Shown here: positions 1-7,408 of the stretch, piece by piece
Position numbering within the stretch: position 1 is the stretch's first letter
Layout of the letters: the number at the start of each line of letters is the position of its first letter
Source: Octopus sinensis
Lineage: Eukaryota
Direction: 5' to 3'
Assembly: GCF_006345805.1 (NCBI RefSeq)
Contig: NW_021825223.1
Location: 1 to 16,089 of the forward strand
DNA length: 16,089 bases
Notes under the pieces: model-generated
What the model saw: the letters and a program-made list of their open reading frames with translations, nothing else
What the model was told of the DNA's origin: nothing
The model's database searches: none
Position numbers and translations under genes: made by a program

Positions 1-42
1 TTTATTATTGGTGATTGTGTTCATATAATTACTAGGCAAACA

Positions 43-343
43 TTGATACACACACACACCAACAACACACAAAGAAATATCTTAACATATATACACATAT
101 ATGTATATAATATATATATATATGCATATACGTTTATATATATATGCGTATATATTTGTTGTATATATTTGTGTATATATATATCGATATATATATGCAT
201 ATATATATGTATGTATATACATATGTATATATATTATATATAATATATAATATATATATATATATCTCTATAATATATCTATAGATATATATATAGATAT
301 ATCATATATATATATATATTATAATATAATATATATACATACC

Positions 344-393
<50 letters not shown>

Positions 394-590
394 CATATAC
401 ATAATATAATATACATACATATACATATATATATATATACTATATATATATATATATATTACATATATATATATATATATATATATGTATGTTATTGTAT
501 GTATGTATTGTATGTATGTATGTATGTAGTATGTATGTATGTATGTATGTATGTATATACGTAAACACCTACACAACGATACACAGAAGC
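43..590. repeat. Compound microsatellite (CA)n/(TA)n/(TATG)n
   Basis: Runs of TA, TATG and CA read directly; they explain the I/Y/H/T-rich ORFs 43..243 and 319..600. Confidence 0.95.
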
Positions 591-984
591 GCACACACAT
601 CTACAATAAAACCAGCAAACAACCGTTGAAGGAAATGCACCTGTATTTTTCAGAGAGAGAATCTCCGTGTGAAATAATTGTTTCTTGGTTTCTATAGAAT
701 TCCACGAACACAGATGTAATAAATGGTATTAAGAGTGTCAAATATTTAACAGTGAATGATATCAAATTAAATAGTAATGCCGTATGGCAGCTGCTTAGGA
801 GGCTACGAGTTATCTCTCTCACCGTGTAACTTTGCATTTTTACGTAATTGTGTGTGTGTGTACGTGTATGTATGTATATATGTATGTATGCATGTATGTA
901 TGTATGCATGCACGTAACTATCCATATGAAGATATACAAGTATATACAATATTATGTTATATAAAGATAAATATGTATATCAGT

Positions 985-1220
<236 letters not shown>

Positions 1221-1312
1221 GACTAGTAGACCTTGTATAACTCAAGAAATAATTACATAATTACAGATTTCTCATTATTATACGTATGTGTGTGTGTGTA
1301 TGCATGTATATA

Positions 1313-2275
1313 CAGGGTAAGATGAATAAACAGTTGTCTAAATTAAGCAAAAATGAAAATAACATTGACGTCTCATTTTAACAGATATCTTTACCAAAAT
1401 TGCATGAAAATATCTTGAAATACTAAAGAGTAAATCTATTCAATAAAATCACCATTGGCTTCAACCACAGCCTCCAGACGACTTCGAAATTTCCTGTAAC
1501 TCTTCTGGGTGGTCTTCTAGTTTAAGTTGGTGAATGCTGTCATAATCCTTGCCTTCCGTTCATTTTTGATGTTACAAGGAGTTTTCTTGGTCTCTCGCTC
1601 AACTGTACCCCACGCATAATAACCAAAGGAATTTCAGTTTGGAGAGTTAGGCAGCCAGATGTTAAGAGTGGTGTGATCGCAGAAATTGTATGACAGCCAT
1701 GACTGGGTTCTCCTGCTTGTGTGGCATGGTGCAGAGTCCTGTTGCCAGACATAGGGTCTTCCAGCAGCCACCTTTATTGGCCCAGGGCAGCATTACTTCC
1801 CCCAGGCTCTTGATGTAGGTCTCCGTGTTGAGTCTGAGGCCGTGTGGGTAGATGAATGGAGGCATAACGTTGCCATTACTAGTGATCACTCCAAACACCA
1901 TAACATTGGCTTGATGTTTGATTTTTATCACTCACGGTACATGTCCTTAGATTGTACTGTCCTCAGATTGACACCCAAACACTCTGAAATGTTCGTATTG
2001 GAGCTTCAGCGCGAATGCCAAGCAGTACAGCATGTCGTTTCCAAATTTCTGGCAGAATGAATTGCGTCATGGTGTTATTTTTCTCACAGACGGTACGCAA
2101 CTGACGGGTTTCAAGCCAGCGAATTAACCCCAGGAATTTTCTTGTTTGTCCACCACCCGTTCTATGGGCTCTCTTTTGTCGAACATCTAAGTTACGGAAA
2201 CAAACCAATACCGGATGGGAAATAGGCACAAGCACGCAAGCAACATACACACACACCAGGTTGTGAAGCAAACTT
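1313..2275 (-). mobile_element. Degenerate, internally deleted Tc1/mariner-superfamily DNA transposon, DD37D (maT) type
   Basis: Left boundary TA|CAGGGT at 1311-1318, a typical Tc1/mariner end. Minus-strand transposase remnants at 1436-2070. A matching TIR at the right end was not found, so the right boundary is approximate. Confidence 0.8.
1436..2070 (-). pseudogene. Disrupted DD37D-type transposase
   Basis: Manual translation across frameshifts: MTQFILPEIWKRHAVLLGIRA/SSNTNISECLGVNLRTVQ (HTH-like N-terminus), then KHQANVMVFGVITSNGNVMPPFIYPHGLRLNTETYIKSL, then GRPYVWQQDSAPCHTSRRTQSWL...WLPNSPN*NSLGYYAWG...RSRLEAVVEANGDFIE*. The D of QQD (1736-1738) is separated by 37 residues from the position of the SPDxNPLD aspartate (1622-1624, here G). 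In-frame stops at 1634-1636 and 1517-1519. Confidence 0.88.
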
Positions 2276-2786
2276 CTTAGTACAAAGCCATACCAGAGCC
2301 TATGTATCTACATTTCTATGTATGTAGGTAGGTGTGTAGGAATGTAGGCATATATGTATATCTGTTGGTATGTAATGAATGTAAAGTATGTATGCATATA
2401 GGTATGTTTCTCTCTATGTATCCACCTATGTACCTCCACACACACACACACATATGATGCGCACGCGTGTGCGAATATTTATGCGTTTATTTATATATAT
2501 TATCATTATTCATACGACACACGGATACAGTGTGGATCACAGTCGTGCTCTGGCATACAAATACAAAATATGACACACTGATAGTGGAACACAAATTTGC
2601 AGTGTGCCTGGGTCACACGACACGGCACTAGGTATAAAGATATGTAAGCCCAAAGCATGATTTTAAAAATCTTTCCTAGGCAAGATTCTCCATATTTGAG
2701 TAATACACAGAGAAGTAAATGTTATTAATCTAAGGATGCGTTAGGGGTCGAATGTTTCACAGATGATTTGTACCAGTCAAATACTA

Positions 2787-3331
2787 TTGGGCTGTCCGGA
2801 AAGTTCGTGCCGATTTATAGTATTATTCGAATTATTTTAGAACAAGGTTGAGTCCATAAAATAGGATTTGACTACACCTCCATTTAGAGCACAGTTTTGT
2901 GGAAGAAGGTTTATGTTCCTATAACCTGTGTTAATTCTGCAACCCTTTAAAATGGAAGATAAGAAAGTTCATTTTCGGTATTGATGCTTTGGGAACCAGA
3001 CAAAAATTGCTGCAGCTCGGCTGGGATGTGTTACTCCACTCTCCATATTCACCAGATATTGCTCCTTCGGATTTCCACTTATTCAGGTCTCTACAGAATA
3101 GTCTTAATGGTAAAAATTTCAATTCCTTGGATGACGTAAAAAGATACCTTGATGAATTCTTTGCCATGAAACCACCTCAATTCTAGGAAGCGGGTATTTT
3201 CAAGTCAAAGGAAAGATGGAGACGCATTGTGCAACAGAATGGTTCATATTTGGTTGATTAAAAATGTAATGGCAAGTATTTATTGACCTTCGTTCCTTTA
3301 AAAATCGGCACGAACTTTCCGGACAACCCAA
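2787..3331 (+). mobile_element. Non-autonomous, internally deleted mariner (DD34D) element, 545 bp
   Basis: TIRs TTGGGCTGTCCGGAAAGTTCGTGCCGATTT (2787-2816) and AAATCGGCACGAACTTTCCGGACAACCCAA (3302-3331) are reverse complements at 29/30 positions. TA flanks both ends (2785-2786, 3332-3333). Transposase remnant inside. Confidence 0.95.
2952..3261 (+). pseudogene. Mariner transposase remnant (N-terminal stub fused to C-terminal catalytic end)
   Basis: MEDKKVHFR at 2952 is joined to TRQKLLQLGWDVLLHSPYSPDIAPSDFHLFRSLQNSLNGKNF...PQF*EAGIFKSKERWRRIVQQNGSYLVD*. YSPDIAPSDFHLF matches the mariner YSPDLAPSDY motif. Premature TAG at 3184-3186; terminal TAA at 3259-3261. Confidence 0.92.
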
Positions 3332-3516
3332 TATATCGATTCACTTAACATCTACAAATCTATAAACCGATCCATTGTGAATTTTATTTCCTGTGTGTGA
3401 CATAAAAGAAATTACTTTTTCTTTAAAAAGGATTTTATTTTTATTTTCAAAGAGTTTCTCCCAGACATCCTTAAATACGCAAATATACGATTTTTACAAA
3501 CAATTTACTCAAGCGC

Positions 3517-3683
3517 TAGCGTGGCTGTGAGGTTAAGAAGCTTGCTTGCCAACCGTGTGGTTTTGGGTTCGGTTCCACTGTGTGGCACCTTTTGCCAGTG
3601 TCTTCAACCATAAACCCAGGGTCGACCAAAACCCCGTGAGCAGATTTGATAAAGGAAAACTAAAAGAAGCCCGTCGTATGTGC

Positions 3684-3720
<37 letters not shown>

Positions 3721-3736
3721 AAACCATTTATATATA
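3517..3736 (+). mobile_element. tRNA-derived SINE, family 1, 5' part plus (TG)n(TA)n tract
   Basis: Pol III A-box-like TGGCTGTGAGG (3522-3532) and B-box-like GGTTCGGTTCC (3566-3576). 3600-3679 aligns with the reverse complement of 8541-8616, both ending AAGCCCGTCGTAT before a microsatellite. Resembles an abundant octopus SINE (from memory). Confidence 0.8.
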
Positions 3737-3920
3737 TCTACTATATATTCGTGAAAAGGGCGGATGTCGTCTCACAAGCAGTTGTGCAGGCAAAAGTGTT
3801 AGTAAATGTGGTCGGATTGATCTGAAAATTTGCACACCTATGTTAAAAGTGCTGGGGAGTTTGCATGGCAACTTTGAGTTTGCTCAATTGAAAGGTGTGG
3901 CCTCTAGGGAAAAATTCCTC
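3737..3920 (+). mobile_element. Possible Helitron-like 5' fragment
   Basis: Starts A|TCTACTATAT at the end of a TA tract, like the Helitrons at 7408 and 7920. Contains GGTCGGATTGATCTGAAAATTTGCACAC, resembling a motif I associate with non-autonomous Helitrons. No 3' hairpin or CTAG; cut off by a SINE at about 3921. Confidence 0.4.
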
Positions 3921-4083
3921 ATTACATTGATCCCAGTGTTTCACTGCTACTTAATTTATCGACCCCCGAAAGGATGAACGGTAAAATCGACCTCGGCGAA
4001 ATTTGAACTCAGAACGTAGTGACGGGAGAAATACCACTAAACATTTCGTCCAGCGTGCTAACGATTCTGTCAGCTCACCGCCC
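3921..4083 (-). mobile_element. tRNA-derived SINE, family 2, copy A (3'-truncated)
   Basis: Reverse complement reads GGCGGTGAGCTGACAGAATCGTTAGCACGC...TTCTGAGTTCAAATTTCGCCGAGGTCGATTTT...CATCCTTTCGGGGGTCGATAAATTAAGTAGCAGTG, homologous to the plus-strand copies at 4527-5560. Confidence 0.9.
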
Positions 4084-4222
4084 TATGTAACGACAACAAC
4101 AACAACAATAATAATTAGTATTGTTGTTGTTATTGTTATTATTATCACCATCATCATCATCATGTTGATATGGTGTTATTGCAGCAATAACAGCCGGCAG
4201 CTATGTGAAATTGCCGAACGGA

Positions 4223-4277
4223 CAGGAAGTTGTGCGGAAGTGAATGAACGAGACAAAATAATGGAGACTGATTGGTT
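4223..4277. promoter_or_regulatory. Putative cis-regulatory motif cluster: two ETS motifs and a CCAAT box
   Basis: CAGGAAGT (4223-4230), CGGAAGTG (4235-4242) and CTGATTGGTT (4268-4277; AACCAATCAG on the minus strand) in a non-repetitive, CpG-containing island. Motif match only; no functional evidence. Confidence 0.3.
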
Positions 4278-4468
4278 GGCCTTCGGATCGTAGAACCAAG
4301 CCTGGAGGATCAAAACCAAGAGAGCCGTTAATTCCATTCCTGTGATCTTTCACGCTAACCTTTTGAACATATAATCGTTTTAGAATGCTTTGTTTGCGGC
4401 CAACAGAAATATACACAACGCATGTACATACTCTACATTAGCGACAAAAAACTAACCAGACCAATTAC

Positions 4469-4499
<31 letters not shown>

Positions 4500-4526
4500 A
4501 TTATTATTATCATTATTATTATTAAT

Positions 4527-4744
4527 GCGGCGAGCTGGCAGAGTCGTTTGTATGCCGGGCAAAATGCTTAGCGGCATTTCGTCCGTCTTTACGTTCTGTG
4601 TTCAAATTTCGCTGAGGTCGATTTTGCTTTTCATCCTTTCCGGGTCGAGTACCAGTGAAATACTGGAGTCGATGTAATCGACTCGTCCCTTCCTCCAAAA
4701 TTCCAGGCCTTGTGTCTTTAATAGAAAGGATTATTGTTATTATT
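4527..4744 (+). mobile_element. tRNA-derived SINE, family 2, copy B (full length)
   Basis: Head GCGGCGAGCTGGCAGAGTCG, B-box-like GTTCAAATTTC, core GAGGTCGATTTTGCTTTTCATCCTTTC, end AATAGAAAGG followed by an (ATT)n-like tail. Confidence 0.92.
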
Positions 4745-4800
4745 CTTTGTTTTGTCATGTACTGCCATAATATTTTTCTTAATGTAAACCCTTTGTGGTA

Positions 4801-4939
4801 AATCCTTTCTACTAAAGGGGCGTGGGGACTAATTAATTACAACGACCCCAGTATTTCACTGGTACTTAATTTATCGACCCCGAAAGGATAAAAGGCAAAG
4901 TCGACCTCGGTGGAATTTGAACTCGGAACGTAGCGATGG
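4801..4939 (-). mobile_element. tRNA-derived SINE, family 2, copy C (5'-truncated)
   Basis: AATCCTTTCTACTA is the reverse-complemented tail. The reverse complement contains GAGTTCAAATTCCACCGAGGTCGACTTTGCCTTTTATCCTTTCGGGGTCGATAAATTAAGTACCAG. The A-box head is missing. Confidence 0.9.
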
Positions 4940-4941
4940 TC

Positions 4942-5170
4942 CGAGTTGGCAGAAACGTGAGCACGCCGGGCGAAATGCTTAGCGAAACTTCGCCCGTCGC
5001 TACGTCCTGTATGCAAATTCCGCCGAGGTCGACTTTGCTTTTCATCCTTTTGGGGTCGATAAATTAAATACCAGTTGTGTACTGGGGTTCATCTAATCGA
5101 CTGCCCCCCACCACACTCCCAAATTTCAGGCCGTATGCCTATGGTAGAAAGGATTATTATTATTATTATT
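4942..5170 (+). mobile_element. tRNA-derived SINE, family 2, copy D
   Basis: Head CGAGTTGGCAGAAACG, core CCGAGGTCGACTTTGCTTTTCATCC, end GGTAGAAAGG plus (ATT)n tail at 5153-5170. Confidence 0.92.
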
Positions 5171-5371
5171 GAGGCGGCGACCTGGCGGTATCGTTACAGC
5201 GCCGTACAAAATGCTTAGCGGCATTTCGTCCGTCTTTGACTCTGAGTTCAAATTCCGCCGGGATCGATTTTGCTTTTCATCCTTTCAGGGCCGATAAAAT
5301 AAGTACCGGTTGAGTACTGGGGTCGATGTACTCTTCCCTCAAAATTTCAGGCCTTGTGCCTATAGTAGAAA
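5171..5371 (+). mobile_element. tRNA-derived SINE, family 2, copy E
   Basis: Starts GAGGCGGCGACCTGGCGG directly after the tail of copy D; B-box-like GAGTTCAAATTCC at 5244-5256; ends TATAGTAGAAA with no ATT tail. Confidence 0.92.
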
Positions 5372-5560
5372 GAGCTGGCAGAATCGTTAGCGCGCTAGCC
5401 AAAATGCTAAACGGTGTGCATTCGTCTTTAGGTTCTGGGTTCGAATGATGTCGATGCCGGCTTTGCTTTCCATCCTTTTTTTTTTGAGGGGGGGGTCGAT
5501 AAAAGAAGCACTAGTTGAGCACTGGGATCGATATAATTGATTTGACCAGGCTCCTAAAAT
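5372..5560 (+). mobile_element. tRNA-derived SINE, family 2, copy F (more diverged)
   Basis: Starts GAGCTGGCAGAATCGTTAGC directly after copy E; B-box-like GGGTTCGAATG; core GCTTTGCTTTCCATCC...GGGGTCGATAAAA...CACTGGGATCGAT. Right boundary approximate. Confidence 0.85.
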
Positions 5561-5569
5561 GATGGCGAT

Positions 5570-6135
5570 GTGAGATGATGAAGTGGAGGAGGACTACGTT
5601 GATGTGATGGACAAAAACGAGGAAGGATGTAATGGTTTGATGATCACGATAAGGACTATTGATGGAGATGACGACGAAGAGGATGAGGATGGTTGTGGTG
5701 GTGATGATGATGATGACGACGATGATGATGATGAGGAGGAGGAGGGTGACAATGGTGATGATAGTAATGATGATGATGTTGAAGCTGACGATGTTGATGG
5801 CGACAGTCGTAGAGATGTTGATGCAGATGATGGTGGTGGTGGTGGTGGTAGTGGTAATGATGGTGGTGGTAATGGTGTTAGTGGTAGTGGTGGTGGCGGT
5901 AGTATTAGTGGTGGTGGCGTTGATGATGGAAATGATGACGATGCTGAAAATGATGATGATGAAAACAATGATGGCGGTGGTGGTGGTGATGAAGATGATG
6001 ATGATGACGACGACAACGACGATGATGATGATGCAAATGATAATACTGACGATTACCGATGATGCTGTTGATAGAGAGGGTGTCGGTGGTAGAAGCGGCG
6101 CAGCGGCGGTGGAGATAATGATAATGATGGGGTGG
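5570..6135. repeat. Degenerate trinucleotide low-complexity tract (GAT/GAC/GGT/GAG)
   Basis: Mixed GAT, GAC and GGT triplets; four overlapping low-complexity ORFs on both strands indicate simple sequence. Confidence 0.9.
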
Positions 6136-6478
6136 CGTTAATCGGGTACAATTGCGTAGACATGCTGAGAGCAAAGAAACAACGGTAAATATATTTGGAA
6201 AGAACAAGCAAGTTAAAAGCGGTTTTACCCTTTAATTCTGTTGACGAATTATATTATCCGCGATTACTGATTAGTGGACGGTAATTAGGTGTGGAAGTAG
6301 GCTGGAGAGGGCTGTGGGTGGAGGAGTAGTGAAGGATTAGGGAAGCGGTGATTGGAAGCAAATGAGGAAGGGAGATAGATTGATGTGAAAGTGGGGAGGT
6401 ATGTGGGGAGGTAGTGAGATAGACAGACTGGACGACAGATATGTGTGTGTATGTGTGGGGATGAGACTGACATATGCA

Positions 6479-6499
6479 TAGACAGACAGACAGACAGAC

Positions 6500-6550
<51 letters not shown>

Positions 6551-6572
6551 CAGATAGACTGACTGATTGGTT

Positions 6573-6608
<36 letters not shown>
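6479..6608. repeat. (GACA)n-(GATA)n microsatellite
   Basis: Read directly; interrupted by CTGACTGATTGGTT at 6559. Confidence 0.95.
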
Positions 6609-6609
<1 letters not shown>

Positions 6610-6771
6610 TCGCCTTCCTCTTCTTCCACCTCCTCTTCAATCGTCGTCATCATCATCCACATCATCACTAACAACATCGTCATCATCATCATCATCATCA
6701 TCAACACCACCGTCGTCATCATCATCATCACCATCACCACAACCATTATCACCATCATCAGCATCATTAAC
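6609..6771 (+). repeat. Dispersed duplicate of 9378-9543 (TCA/TCG-rich module)
   Basis: The first 48 nt differ from 9378-9425 at one base (GTCGCCTTCCTCTTCTTCC[A/G]CCTCCTCTTCAATCGTCGTCATCATCAT). Landmarks ACTAACAACATCGTC, CACCACAACCATTATC and CAGCATCAT follow in the same order. Confidence 0.85.
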
Positions 6772-7254
6772 CTGACTGATTGGTTGATAGATAGAGAGAG
6801 AGAGGAGGAGGAAGAAATAGATAGATAGGTAGGTAGATAGATAGATGGATAGATAGATATGATAATAAGAGAAAAAGGGAGCGAAGAAAGGAAATAAAGT
6901 CAATAAAAAAACATACGTAAACTAATAAGTCTTTTTACATCTTATTTAATATTTTTTGTTTCCTCTTTCATCTTTAAGTCAAACAGAAACAGTTTTGCAA
7001 GTCATTAGCGAAAAAGAGTCAATTTTCTTTAATCCAGCATTTAGAGAGCTACAATTTCATAAAATGGTAGTCACTAATTAGTACTAAAAGAGAGAGAGAG
7101 GGAAAGAGAGAAAGAGGGGTAAGAGAAAAAGAGAAGAGAAAGAAAAGGAAAGCGGGAAAGATGAAAGCGTTACCTTTACGATAGAGTAACATGGAAGTAT
7201 GTAAGTGAATAAGTGAATAAAATTAATGTAGCCGTTTGTGTATTATCTCTTTCT

Positions 7255-7275
7255 CTGTTTGTCTGTCTGTCTGTC

Positions 7276-7341
<66 letters not shown>

Positions 7342-7357
7342 TACATGTATGTATGTA

Positions 7358-7407
<50 letters not shown>
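7255..7407. repeat. Compound microsatellite (GTCT)(CT)(AT)(AG)...(CT)(AT) with palindromic symmetry
   Basis: Read directly; includes a perfect 48-bp palindrome at 7294-7341. Confidence 0.9.

Positions 7408-7408
<1 letters not shown>

Noticed and set aside
2270-2320. Right TIR of the maT element
   Set aside because: No reverse complement of CAGGGTAAGATGAATAAAC found here or nearby; the end is probably lost or degraded.
2573-2659. Peptide VPGSHDTA resembling the PI-PLC X-domain IPGSHDS motif
   Set aside because: The frame is open for only 28 codons between stops, the acceptor is weak and no other domain residues match.
1842-3167. ORFs 1842..2060 (+) and 2931..3167 (-) as independent genes
   Set aside because: They are antisense shadows of the two transposase remnants.
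3517-3590. tRNA gene
   Set aside because: A- and B-box-like motifs are present, but I could not build a cloverleaf and the sequence runs on into a SINE body also found at 8541-8616. The same applies to the family-2 heads.
4527-5560. CRISPR-like or satellite array
   Set aside because: The repeated units are ~200-bp diverged SINE copies in both orientations, with no short identical repeats separated by unique spacers; the context is eukaryotic.
5583-6062. 159-aa Asp/Gly-rich ORF as an acidic (e.g. biomineralisation or nucleolin-like) protein
   Set aside because: It is the translation of a GAT/GGT triplet tract that is open in several frames on both strands, starts at a non-ATG codon and has no recognisable domain.
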